Positions 1-8,885 are shown, counted from the stretch's first letter. The stretch: DNA of 14,566 bases from Candidatus Melainabacteria bacterium 17Bon1m (GCA_032128875.1 JAVLKG010000027.1:1-14566), one strand, 5' to 3'. Notes: generated by a model from the sequence alone, not told the origin. Program-made: numbers and translations.

Positions 1-76
1 TTTTAGTGGCGGTTAATTCGAGCCAGAAACAGCGGATGATGTCGCGCCGAAGGATTTATGATGTCACGCCGCTACA
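1..76. mobile_element. Terminal inverted repeat (end) of a transposon whose body lies outside the window
   Basis: 1-76 is the exact reverse complement of 14490-14565. It ends in ...GCTACA, abuts the ACTAAT duplication, and contains two 14-bp internal repeats (36-49, 58-71). Confidence 0.85.
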
Positions 77-1438
77 ACTAATTGGTTGAGTGACAGTAAT
101 TCCAGCCAGATCGGCAGTAAAAAATGCATCGTCATCTTCATAAAACCGAGGAGCATCGGCTGGCTTTGGATTCGATTCCCTCACGAGAAAATAGTCATTG
201 TGGTTCGTGAACTGGAACCAGGTACTATCACTAATTGCTAGCCGGAATGCTGCATCAGTGCCTGATTGCCCTATTGTAATAAGGGTTTGAAGCATGATGT
301 TTTGGAACTGCGGGAATCCGACTGGCGTTACAGTCGAGATGCACAATCTGGCCCTGTCGCGAGGGAACAAGGTCAGACTCGTGGTAATTGGCGCACAGTC
401 GACACCGATCACAGTTGATTCACGGTAGAATGTCTGCTCGTCCGAATTTGAAGCCAGGGTAAGCACGCCGCCCCCACATGTCGCGTGGATGCCAACTTCT
501 GCAAGATCTGCATCGTTGTTCACTTCGGTGCGCAAGCCACATCTGATCTGATTCAGATTGTCGCCAGCTTGCGTAACGTAGCTTACTGTTTTCAGTGAAC
601 CAGGAAGGTCGACGTTGAAGACGGTGAATTGGACGGTTTCGCCCACCACAACCGGTCCGGCAACAGTGATTGTCTGAGCACCGTTTGTTTGCAAGAAGCT
701 ACCGAGCGTCATAGTTTCGGTGCCACCAGCCTTCACTTTTGCCGAATAGCTAGTGAATTTTTGGGTGGTTTCGAACGTCGGTGACTCGATCAGAAGAGTG
801 TTGGAGTCAACTGAGCTAACCTTAGCAGAGATGCCCAAAGCAGCAAGCGTGGTGCTGTTATTGATCTTGTTGCGCAGCCGAATAACGATGTCGGCTAGGG
901 TATCACCCGAGTTTGGCTTGTAAACAACGAGTTCTTTGCCGCCTTCGAGACCAACGTCATAGATGGTCAGAGTCAGTTTATCGTCTACAGTGACGGTACC
1001 ACCGATGGTGAGCGTCTGTCGGATGGCCAGGCGATTCGAACCGCCGCCTGTAGTCGTCTGCCTATAAACGGTGCCATTGGTTGACGTAGAAACAATGGTG
1101 TAATTGGCGCCGTTTTGAAGCGTCGCTGTCACTCCGATGGCTTGCAGTTCGGTATCAGCATTGATCGCCTGGACGATCTTGTTGGCGGTCTGGCGCAGAG
1201 TGTCGCCAGTCTGGAAAGCGTGAGTCACCGGTTTCTGACCGGTGGCAAGTCCGGTGTCAAACACGGTGATTGTGAAAACTGAACCATCCGGAGCAGCCAG
1301 AACCTGGCCAGCTTCGACTGCGTTTACGCGCGGGTTTATCGTCAGTGTTGCGGCATCTGCTTGGCTGGGAGCCAGCATAAGCCCGAAGGACAGCGCGAAC
1401 ACCGTCCCGAGAGCAGCTATTGCTCTTCGTAATTTCAT
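56..1438 (-). pseudogene. 5' part (454 native codons) of an interrupted secreted repeat-domain metallopeptidase gene; the last 6 codons (CSGVTS) and the stop come from the transposon end
   Basis: Sec-type signal peptide (MKLRRAIAALGTVFALSFGLMLAPSQADA), AAGGA RBS and three ~100-aa repeats. The frame ...CAA CCA ATT AGT runs into the element's TGT. Confidence 0.85.
77..82 (+). repeat. 6-bp target site duplication ACTAAT (copy 1)
   Basis: ACA|ACTAAT at 74-82 and ACTAAT|TGT at 14484-14492, directly repeated just inside each element end. Confidence 0.9.
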
Positions 1439-1500
1439 GCTTCTTCCTTTTTTGGAAAGTTGATGGATTTCCCCTCAATTCAAGTCACCAAGACTGAGAC

Positions 1501-1539
1501 GGCAAAAGGCACAACAGCGTTGCTGCCGATCTTTTTGCC
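1501..1539. promoter_or_regulatory. Nested imperfect hairpin in the leader of the peptidase gene
   Basis: GGCAAAA-GGCA-CAAC-agc-GTTG-c-TGCC-gatct-TTTTGCC, about 60 bp upstream of the start at 1438. Confidence 0.35.
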
Positions 1540-1895
1540 TTTGCGATTCCGAAAAGTCTGCGCCGAGCGCGTGGAATACCTGAGTCAGTGAATGTAAAGG
1601 AGGACCATCACCTTAGAAATTACCGCGTGACAATTTCAGCCGAAATTGCAGGCTGTGTGCAACTTTTGATTTTTCGTAATCATGAAAAGCTTGTCAGACT
1701 TGCGCGGACTGATTGGATGTCAGGCGCTCAGAAATATATGCAAGTCAAGGATCAGGGAGAAAGTAAATGCAAGCTAAATCCCTGCGCTAAGTTTGCATTA
1801 TCAAGAGCTAAGGCGCATCTGCCACAGTGCTGCCATGCAAAAGCGGCCAGTGACCGGTACCGGATATTATGTTTCACGCCACCACACATGATGGC

Positions 1896-1935
1896 AAAAC
1901 CGGGAAGGCTCGATAGGTGAGCTTTCCCGGTTTTT
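1896..1935. terminator. Intrinsic terminator, possibly bidirectional
   Basis: AAAACCGGGAAGGCTC-gataggt-GAGCTTTCCCGGTTTTT; A/T tracts on both sides; downstream of the minus-strand gene ending at 2023. Confidence 0.75.
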
Positions 1936-2022
1936 AGAATCCTGTGATACCTGATTTTCTATATTCCCCAAGGTTGTCAGTTATATCCCTGCACATATTT
2001 GGGGTGTCTAAATGCCTTGATT

Positions 2023-2355
2023 TCAGCTCCCATTCGCTTCTTTATCAGAAGCCAGCTTCCGCATCCTCTCTTCCAATCCGCGCCGGTGATAGAAACCACC
2101 ATCCATTTTTGCGGCCTCTGGAAAACACAGATCAAAAGTGGTTTCGACGTAGTCGAGCATTTTATTTACTTCCGGCGTCTCAAGATTTGTCTCCCCATGA
2201 CGCATTTCGTAGTCAAAAATTCCCAACGCGGAAAGCGCTAACAGTCGATCTTTCTCAAATGCCTTGTTTGCTTCATCCACTCCACTCGCTCCCAGGGCAA
2301 AGACGAGACGCAATCTGTCGGCATTGTCTTTCTTTTCAAAGTACGTGGGTAACAT
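2023..2355 (-). CDS. Hypothetical protein (110 aa, start MLPTYFEKK)
   Basis: Strong RBS AAAGGAGGACCC directly before the ATG at 2355; terminator downstream; no recognised family. Confidence 0.7.
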   Translation of the reverse strand: MLPTYFEKKDNADRLRLVFALGASGVDEANKAFEKDRLLALSALGIFDYEMRHGETNLETPEVNKMLDYVETTFDLCFPEAAKMDGGFYHRRGLEERMRKLASDKEANGS

Positions 2356-2499
2356 GGGTCCTCCTTTCTGTGACTCCACCTTTAGCCTAAATGCATTTTT
2401 TTCCAATAGCAAAACTTTTTAGCGGCTTAAGCGGATGCCAGCCTGTGCGGGTTTCAAGACTCCATATCGCTTTTGATTTACAAGTCCTATACTTTCGGA

Positions 2500-2757
2500 A
2501 TGAAGCTGACATCAAAAACTATCATTGTCCTTGCCACGTTCTTTTTCTTTGCTGGCGGTAGCTATTGCGCCTGGATTATGGACGATAACAACCTTCTGCA
2601 AGGTGCTTCCACGCAGAGCGAAATAGCTCGACGCTTTACCGAACGACGCAACGATATTATTCAAGCTTTCCTAATCGGTGGCTGTTGCTCGGGTCTAATT
2701 GCTGGTGGTCTGTTGCTTGCTGTTCAAAAATTTACCAACCGGCATGGTGACTCTTAA
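2500..2757 (+). CDS. Small membrane protein with two predicted transmembrane segments (85 aa)
   Basis: ATG at 2500 (MKLTSK); hydrophobic stretches TIIVLATFFFFAGGSYCAWI and IIQAFLIGGCCSGLIAGGLLLAV; converges on and overlaps the SLT-like gene by 26 bp. Confidence 0.6.
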   Translation: MKLTSKTIIVLATFFFFAGGSYCAWIMDDNNLLQGASTQSEIARRFTERRNDIIQAFLIGGCCSGLIAGGLLLAVQKFTNRHGDS

Positions 2758-3565
2758 TCCAGATGAGTTGCTCGTGTACGTGGTTAAAATGCGCCTTTCC
2801 GCCCGGATTGTAGTCTTGAATCAAAGCTTGATGGGTTATTGGTAAACCAGATGCCTCTCTTCTGCTGATGTTCTCAGCCAGAAGCGCTGCCACAAACCAA
2901 GGCGCTTTTTCTGGATTAAGCGCAGCGCGAAGTGGATTTCCAGCGATGTTGCCCAATTCAGGGTCGTTTAATTGCGGATACGATTGCATCAATCGTTCAA
3001 TATTCTGCTTCTGTATTTGCGCCGGTCCAATGGAAAGGGACTCTTTAGGCAGGTCACCAAAAACGTTCAAGATGCCTTCCACTGGCTTTTCTTTTGCATC
3101 GCTGTAGAAATGAAGTTCATTGCGAATCAGTGCCGGAATAAGCGCGCGGTCAATATTTGGATGCCTCGCGAATTCTGGAAAAGCTGCGTATGCAGCGGCG
3201 CAAGCAGTGTAATGAACCTGTGTATCTTCTTTACCGCGCAATGGAAAAACTAACTGCTCGGTCTTATCTCTCACAAATCCAACGGCCTCGCCTGTTTTTG
3301 TTTTCACATCCTTTAGCGGGTCCCAAGCCACACGCTCCCCTTTTGATGAAACTTCTGTTCCATCACCCATATCAATCAACAGCGGATTGCTATCGGCATA
3401 GGCTTTCATATCACCAAAGGTATTGAATTTGTTTGTTCTCTGGGCCTCTGCTTCTGTCACCTGGTCATTGTTTACAGTTCGATCCTTGCCCAAATTGTCC
3501 AGCCTTTTTAGGGCTGCGTCTGGCTTTTGCTCTGGCTGGTCGGCTGGTTTTTGAATCTCTGCCAT
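2732..3565 (-). CDS. Lysozyme-fold / lytic transglycosylase (SLT, GH23-like) domain protein, 277 aa
   Basis: Ordered SLT-like motifs: IDRALIPALIRNE (catalytic Glu position), SIGPAQI (GxxQ), LNPEKAPWFVAALL and DYNPG (AYNAG-like). ATG at 3565 with GAGG upstream. Confidence 0.65.
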   Translation of the reverse strand: MAEIQKPADQPEQKPDAALKRLDNLGKDRTVNNDQVTEAEAQRTNKFNTFGDMKAYADSNPLLIDMGDGTEVSSKGERVAWDPLKDVKTKTGEAVGFVRDKTEQLVFPLRGKEDTQVHYTACAAAYAAFPEFARHPNIDRALIPALIRNELHFYSDAKEKPVEGILNVFGDLPKESLSIGPAQIQKQNIERLMQSYPQLNDPELGNIAGNPLRAALNPEKAPWFVAALLAENISRREASGLPITHQALIQDYNPGGKAHFNHVHEQLIWIKSHHAGW

Positions 3566-3621
3566 GCCTAGAAGCCTCAAGAATTTGGCACTTTCCCAGT
3601 ATACGCCTCAGTTGGAACGAC

Positions 3622-3978
3622 CTAACGCAATGTGGGATTTCCCCAGTTGTGAAGCTCTTCTTCAACCATCAGAGCACAAACACCTTTCACACTCTTCAAC
3701 AGATTGACGAGTTCTGCACCATCTACGGTTAACGCATATTCCACCCGTGGCGGCACTACTTTAAAGGCCGTCCGTTCAATAAAGCCGTACTTCCTCAAGG
3801 TCGTAAGTCTCTCTGTCAGTGTTTTTGCGGATATAGGAGCCAGGTTCTTTAGCAGCTCCCCTGTTCTTTTCTTTCCTGAAGATAACTGAATCAAGACTGC
3901 AATTGTCCATCGAGGGCTTAGAAGCTTCAGGACGCCATCTATGGCCGGTGTGTCTTGCGGCTTCAAAGTTACTGCCAT
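3622..3978 (-). CDS. HxlR-family winged-helix transcriptional regulator
   Basis: Hallmark pattern RWTIAVL...KRTGEL...ISAKTLTERL...GFIER...VPPRVEYALT; its ATG directly follows the upstream stop (TAGATG). Confidence 0.92.
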   Translation of the reverse strand: MAVTLKPQDTPAIDGVLKLLSPRWTIAVLIQLSSGKKRTGELLKNLAPISAKTLTERLTTLRKYGFIERTAFKVVPPRVEYALTVDGAELVNLLKSVKGVCALMVEEELHNWGNPTLR

Positions 3979-4530
3979 CTATTTGCCCTCGGTTTTTATC
4001 AGCTGAGCCATAAGTCCTTTGTGCCCCATCTCCATAGAAGCTGAATAGCCGCTGGTGGCTCTATTTCCGGCTCTCCAGACTAGCTCCGTTCCGTCGATGA
4101 TCGCCTCATACTTCCACTGGTCCTTATCCCAGGGTGCAGCCTTCTTGTAGTTTGGGTCGTGTCTCAACCACCACCACATAGCGAATTCTTCGCGCTTCTT
4201 GTAAGGAATGTAGGTATCGGTAAGATTGTCCAGGCTCTCACCTTTTTCCCGTGCCCAGTTTTGAAGGTCAAGTGAGAATGCTGCTTTCACATTGTTTGCG
4301 ACTTTACCATAGCCTGATTTGAATTTTCTGGGACCAGTCGGAAACCAGTCTTTACTAGGGTTCTTGTCCTGTTCGCCAGCTATCTCCATTATTGTTTTGA
4401 AAAAGGTCGGACTTCTTTTTTCCGCTCCGGTGTCATTTGGAATTGCCGTCGATGTGTCTGCCAATGCGGCGATTCCGAAAGAAAGACCCAGGACCGTAGC
4501 CGTTATCTTTTGTGCTGTCTGCTTTTCCAC
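3979..4530 (-). CDS. Hypothetical exported protein (183 aa; start re-called to GTG at 4530)
   Basis: GGAGG RBS 6 nt before the GTG, which overlaps the upstream stop (TAGTG). The N-terminus EKQTAQKITATVLGLSFGIAALA is signal-peptide-like. Confidence 0.7.
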   Translation of the reverse strand: MEKQTAQKITATVLGLSFGIAALADTSTAIPNDTGAEKRSPTFFKTIMEIAGEQDKNPSKDWFPTGPRKFKSGYGKVANNVKAAFSLDLQNWAREKGESLDNLTDTYIPYKKREEFAMWWWLRHDPNYKKAAPWDKDQWKYEAIIDGTELVWRAGNRATSGYSASMEMGHKGLMAQLIKTEGK

Positions 4531-5039
4531 TACATACCTCCAGGTGTTTGCGGTCCTAGCTGTGCGCAAGTTCTGATGCGCTTGTTGATCGTTCTGACAA
4601 TATTCGTGTTCAGATAACCGCCCGGCGGAATCTCGTAGATGTGCCAGCGGTAAAGGATTAGAGTTGCTCCATCTTGCTGCGGCTGAAAATCGACGTAGCA
4701 AGTCAGCTGACGAATCACGTCCCGCACGCCTGGAATTTCTTCTGTGTATTGGACCATGGTAGTGATTCTCAAAACGTCCGGATCGGCTTTTGCATTGACA
4801 CCGAGATGCCCGACGTTCGGCGTCAGGTCCCGCATCATCTGCAACCAAAGGTCATCCACAGCGAATTGAGAGTAAAAACTGCCTTCTCTGGCTTCCATCG
4901 CCAGGTCATCTTTTCGCTTCTCTTCGAAGTCGTTGTAAGCTTTCCCAGCCTCATCAGCCACTTTTTTGGCTGCATCTTTGCCGAGGTCGAAGAGCTTCTT
5001 TCCCCAGTCGAGCGCCTTCTTTTTCATTTCCTCGTCCAT
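4530..5039 (-). CDS. Hypothetical protein (169 aa) in the mobilization operon
   Basis: Starts 8 bp after the coupling-protein stop; charged helical N-terminus followed by an alpha/beta domain. Confidence 0.8.
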   Translation of the reverse strand: MDEEMKKKALDWGKKLFDLGKDAAKKVADEAGKAYNDFEEKRKDDLAMEAREGSFYSQFAVDDLWLQMMRDLTPNVGHLGVNAKADPDVLRITTMVQYTEEIPGVRDVIRQLTCYVDFQPQQDGATLILYRWHIYEIPPGGYLNTNIVRTINKRIRTCAQLGPQTPGGM

Positions 5040-5047
5040 TTGTGCCC

Positions 5048-7012
5048 CTAAATGTCCGTGTGATCTCTCTTTGGTTTCTCAGGCTCTGCTTGCTCTTCTG
5101 GTTCTTCGTTTTGCTCGTCCGGATCTTCGGCTTCAATATATTGCTGTCTATCTGAATCCCGTGACGGCATTTCGTCGTTGGACTGCGTTTGCTTTTGAAT
5201 TTCTTCTTTTGCATCCTCTTCGGCCAAAGGCGATTCTCTCATCTCTTCGCGCCTTTTTCTTTCGCCCTGGACCTGCCAGTCCTGCACTTCTTGAAGCTCC
5301 TTGCAGTCCTTCACAAGCCGGTCATCAATTGCCACTACCGGCTTAACGACGCCTGGTACTTTCATCGCCATTTCATAGTCGCGCCAGGTGAATCTCTCCA
5401 TAAGCATTGGCGATGTACGTGGCGTGAATACCAGCATTTTGCTATCTGGCAGTGACATTACCTCACTGGGATCAATGAGAGGCCGTCCGCTTTCTTTCTC
5501 TTGTATTTGTCCTGTGCTCGATACTTTGCGTTCGTAGACTGTGGTTTGACCGGCCATTTTGCTGATTCTCTCAGCCACATCAATTGTCCTGGGCCTAAAG
5601 AAAATCCGGCATCCAAGCTGGCCAAACATGATGGTTGCTTCTTCTCGCCCATATACGCGCTCTAGTTGCATGGCGTCTTGAATGCCCAGCATGACGCCGA
5701 TTTTCTTGTGTCGAATTATTCCTAGCCTGTCGGCTATCCCTGGAATCATGCCGAAATTGGTGAATTCATCTAGGCTCAAAAATAACGGATTCTCGAAATG
5801 TTGCTCTTCGGCGTATTGAAGAACATAGTTGAAGATGAGCGCCGCTACTGGCTTGAGATGCGATTTTCTTGCAGGCACTGCCAGATAGAAAGTGAATTTC
5901 TCTTTTGCCAGTGAGTTCAGATCAATTGTTGTTTTGCTTGTCAGCGCCACCACTCTAGGGTTAACCCAGAGCGCCAGGCGCTGCATCAGACTGGCGAAAA
6001 CGCCGTATCTAAAGCCTTCTCGACTTGTCTTGTGAAAGCCGCCATACTCGCCGCGGACTGCCTCTACTGGGCTTGTCTGCATCTGCGCTACCAGATCGTC
6101 GGGCCCTTCTTTCAAGAGACCCCGGATATAACCTAGGTCTTTGCCGAGCGCTGCCGCATGGGCAATGAACATGGTCAGTAGGTTTGTCTCGGCTTTGGGC
6201 CAGACATCGTCCCCGTAATTGTTCTTGCTCGTTGTGTTCTCAACTATGAGCTTTGCCAGGTTTTGGGCATCTGCATAGCTTTTGACAGCATCGACCGGAT
6301 TGATGCAATCCGATGCCATGTCGTCCGGATTGAAGTAATAAATCTTCTGCCGCCCTGCGCCTTGCCTGTACCCAGAGGTTTTGGCATAAAGGTCGGGCGG
6401 CTCATTTCCTGCTGTTGCCTCTGTGACTATCGCGCTTGAGTCCAGCCTTTCAATCAGATTGGGAATGAAGATGCTTGTAGTTTTCCCTGAGCCTGTCGGC
6501 CCACAGACTAGCGCATGCATTGCCGTGTCTTCAGGCGTCAAGGTCACATAGTTGTCGTCTTCTCCAGGGCTTACAATCATTCGCCTGGAATCTTCCACAC
6601 CAGCCCAATAGTCCGCTTTGACTATGTCTTCATGCGTTGCCCATTTTGCAGATCCGTACCTTGTGGGCTTCGGCTGCTCTTCATTTGCCTGTATTAAAAC
6701 CACTGCGGAATCAGCTATCCGCTGCATAATCTCATCGCACTTTGCCTTGCAGTGCGTAATCGTCCAACGGTTTCTCTCTTCCCTTACTTCCAGCTTGAGA
6801 AGGCACCCTGAGCCGTTCGGCTGCCAATTGAACGTAGCGAAAAACTCATAAGAAAAGGGCCGCTCTGCTTTTATTTGCGTAGCTACAAGCTGTCGCATTC
6901 TGTCGTTCACTGTCACTGGACGCCAGCCAAGCCCGGTCAAACAAACGACAAGTAGCTCTGCCATGTCCGCTGGTGCAACGGCTAATTCCTGTGTTGCTGT
7001 CTCAGCTGGCAT
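5048..7012 (-). CDS. virD4: Type IV coupling protein, VirD4/TraG family
   Basis: YGSAKWAT motif, Walker A GPTGSGKT, FNP..S.CINP, Walker B LSLDEFTNFG, QDAMQLERVYG, VAERISKMAGQTTV, GRPLIDPSEVMSLP; acidic C-terminal tail. Confidence 0.93.
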   Translation of the reverse strand: MPAETATQELAVAPADMAELLVVCLTGLGWRPVTVNDRMRQLVATQIKAERPFSYEFFATFNWQPNGSGCLLKLEVREERNRWTITHCKAKCDEIMQRIADSAVVLIQANEEQPKPTRYGSAKWATHEDIVKADYWAGVEDSRRMIVSPGEDDNYVTLTPEDTAMHALVCGPTGSGKTTSIFIPNLIERLDSSAIVTEATAGNEPPDLYAKTSGYRQGAGRQKIYYFNPDDMASDCINPVDAVKSYADAQNLAKLIVENTTSKNNYGDDVWPKAETNLLTMFIAHAAALGKDLGYIRGLLKEGPDDLVAQMQTSPVEAVRGEYGGFHKTSREGFRYGVFASLMQRLALWVNPRVVALTSKTTIDLNSLAKEKFTFYLAVPARKSHLKPVAALIFNYVLQYAEEQHFENPLFLSLDEFTNFGMIPGIADRLGIIRHKKIGVMLGIQDAMQLERVYGREEATIMFGQLGCRIFFRPRTIDVAERISKMAGQTTVYERKVSSTGQIQEKESGRPLIDPSEVMSLPDSKMLVFTPRTSPMLMERFTWRDYEMAMKVPGVVKPVVAIDDRLVKDCKELQEVQDWQVQGERKRREEMRESPLAEEDAKEEIQKQTQSNDEMPSRDSDRQQYIEAEDPDEQNEEPEEQAEPEKPKRDHTDI

Positions 7013-7015
7013 TCC

Positions 7016-8422
7016 TTAACCTAAGCCCCTGTCGAACCCATCGTCTATTTCCTTCTCTTGCTCTATCTTGGTCTGGTCGCCGGATGCGTCTGCATGAACT
7101 TGATCGATCGCTAAATCCTGATTTGCGCGATCGGCTACTAAATTGCCGCTTCCTGTTGCCGGTTCTCCCGCGCCCTCTCGTTCTTTGCCTTGCTCTAATT
7201 CTTTCTCTGGTGACTTCCAATTCTCCCCTAAAAGCGCGTCAAAATCTTGCCACTTGTCGCCTTTCGGCTGCAATGGATTTAGGTCCTGGTCTAGCTGCTT
7301 CAGTTCTTCCAGCTGCCTCTCGAAGTCTTCTTTTCGGTCTGGAAACCGCTCCATCAAGTCCTTAAGCCGCTGCTCAGCCATTGCGTCTGTATAACTTCGG
7401 TGTTCCGGAGAGAGCCGCCCCTGCTGCTCTCTCATCCATTGCTTGTAGCCTTTTCCAAAGTCGCCGCCTTTCTCCATTTCTTTGAAGGCGCGCTTCAGGT
7501 CCTTGTCCAGCTTCTTAAACTCGCGGTCGTCCTCAAAAGGATCGCGCTCTTTCTCTTTTTTCTTTTCTTTCTTGTCCCACTTTGCGCGCGCTTTGCGCTC
7601 GTAGTGGTCATCTCCATGATTTTCTTTTGTCCAGATCCATTGCCCGAGCTTCTGGTAATGCTCGTCGGGCAAACGTTCAACCTCTGCGCCTTTGAGCTTT
7701 TCGGCTACTTCCTTGAGGTCTTCCAGATTTGAATATTTGCTATAGGTTATGCCGCCCCTTTCGAATTTTTCAGCATCAGGCAAATACTCAACGGCTTTGT
7801 CTTTCTCCCAAGCCTTCGGCTCATACGGCTTCCTGTCTGTTGCTTCGCGTTCGCGCTCCGGATTCAAGTCTTTGATTAATGCCTCAAAGACGTTGTCTCC
7901 GCGATCTCGCTGGTATCCCTGCTCTATTTGCCGGTCCATGTCCCTGGGCAAATACCGCTCTAGGAAGTGATGCCGCTCTAAGTAGCGGTCACCTGCTTCG
8001 CGCATGTTCTTGTAATCGTCGCGATCAAACAGCACTTCTCTGCCGTTCTTGTCTTTGCCGTAGACGATCACATGTGCATGGTCATGGTCTGTATTCCTGT
8101 GAACTACAGCCCGCCAGTCGAGGTCTAAGCCTTTTTCTCTGCCGACATCTTTTAAGACATCGCGCGTGTACTTCTGCATATCGACGTTTTGAAGCCCTGG
8201 CGACAAGATGAGCTTGTGGGCCACTACCTTGGAGCGCTCGCTGTTATCAATGTCTTGCTTAACTTCCCGCCCCTGGATGCCTTCTCTATCCGGGCTGAAA
8301 AACTCTCGGGGCTTTTCGTCTCGGTCGGGTCCGTGCCTGTATTGAATGTAATTGACGTGCGCTTTTGCCCTGGCCCTGCCGCTCGCGCCCTTGATGTAGC
8401 TATGCTTAGCTACCGACCGCAT
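7016..8422 (-). CDS. HUH relaxase, MOB-P / VirD2-like
   Basis: Motif I AHVNYIQYR (catalytic Tyr), motif II AHKLILSP, motif III AVVHRNTDHDHAHVIV; charged C-terminus; a MOB-P nic site lies upstream. Confidence 0.9.
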   Translation of the reverse strand: MRSVAKHSYIKGASGRARAKAHVNYIQYRHGPDRDEKPREFFSPDREGIQGREVKQDIDNSERSKVVAHKLILSPGLQNVDMQKYTRDVLKDVGREKGLDLDWRAVVHRNTDHDHAHVIVYGKDKNGREVLFDRDDYKNMREAGDRYLERHHFLERYLPRDMDRQIEQGYQRDRGDNVFEALIKDLNPEREREATDRKPYEPKAWEKDKAVEYLPDAEKFERGGITYSKYSNLEDLKEVAEKLKGAEVERLPDEHYQKLGQWIWTKENHGDDHYERKARAKWDKKEKKKEKERDPFEDDREFKKLDKDLKRAFKEMEKGGDFGKGYKQWMREQQGRLSPEHRSYTDAMAEQRLKDLMERFPDRKEDFERQLEELKQLDQDLNPLQPKGDKWQDFDALLGENWKSPEKELEQGKEREGAGEPATGSGNLVADRANQDLAIDQVHADASGDQTKIEQEKEIDDGFDRGLG

Positions 8423-8828
8423 CGCTTACTATCTCCGTAGCTTCAGGGTCGCCGCCCTTTCGTTTTTTTCTCAACCGCTCCAGGGCGTTTCGTCTTGCTT
8501 CGTCCCAAAGGTCGTCCCTGTCTTTCTCCGACGCTCTTTTGTAGAAGACTTGCTGTATTGTCCCTACGTCAATTAGCGTCCTGGCTGCCAGTTTTGCCAG
8601 ACGTTCGGTGTCCTTTTTCCGGTCAAGCTGCATTGCCTCAAGTATGTCTGCCAGCCTGTCGCGGGCGTTGTCCTCAGCTTTCTTGTCATAGCTGTCGATG
8701 AATTGCAGCAGGGCCTTACGCGCCAATTCGGTTTCTGTTTTCCCTTCGGCGCGGCAAATTTGTTCGAACTTGTAGCGGTCTTCGACAGCTAACCGGGTCC
8801 GGATTGGGTCTGTCTGCTTCTTCGGCAT
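8406..8828 (-). CDS. Relaxosome accessory protein, ribbon-helix-helix (MobC-like)
   Basis: N-terminal RHH pattern PIRTRLAVEDRYKFEQICRAEGKTETELARKAL; lies between oriT and the relaxase and overlaps the relaxase start. Confidence 0.8.
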   Translation of the reverse strand: MPKKQTDPIRTRLAVEDRYKFEQICRAEGKTETELARKALLQFIDSYDKKAEDNARDRLADILEAMQLDRKKDTERLAKLAARTLIDVGTIQQVFYKRASEKDRDDLWDEARRNALERLRKKRKGGDPEATEIVSDAVGS

Positions 8829-8856
8829 TGAATTTCACCATTTGCATGCAGGCTTG

Positions 8857-8884
8857 CAAGATAGTCGAATATTCGACTATCTTG
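8857..8884. promoter_or_regulatory. Perfect 28-bp palindrome upstream of mobC
   Basis: CAAGATAGTCGAAT|ATTCGACTATCTTG, no spacer, no mismatch. Confidence 0.7.
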
Positions 8885-8885
8885 G

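Noticed and set aside
1-82. Shufflon or invertible segment swapping C-termini
   Set aside because: No recombinase is present, both gene halves are on the same strand, and the repeat introduces a stop codon instead of a new domain.
1439-1600. c-di-GMP or other riboswitch in the peptidase leader
   Set aside because: A GCAAAG-like word is present, but the required stems and tetraloop/receptor could not be identified.
1588-2390. Plus-strand ORFs 1588-1920, 1944-2390 and 1999-2241
   Set aside because: They lack RBSs or protein-like features, and they run antisense to a better-supported gene or through a terminator.
4531-4848. N-terminal extension of the 289-aa ORF
   Set aside because: It overlaps the 169-aa gene in another frame; the RBS and signal peptide indicate a start at 4530.
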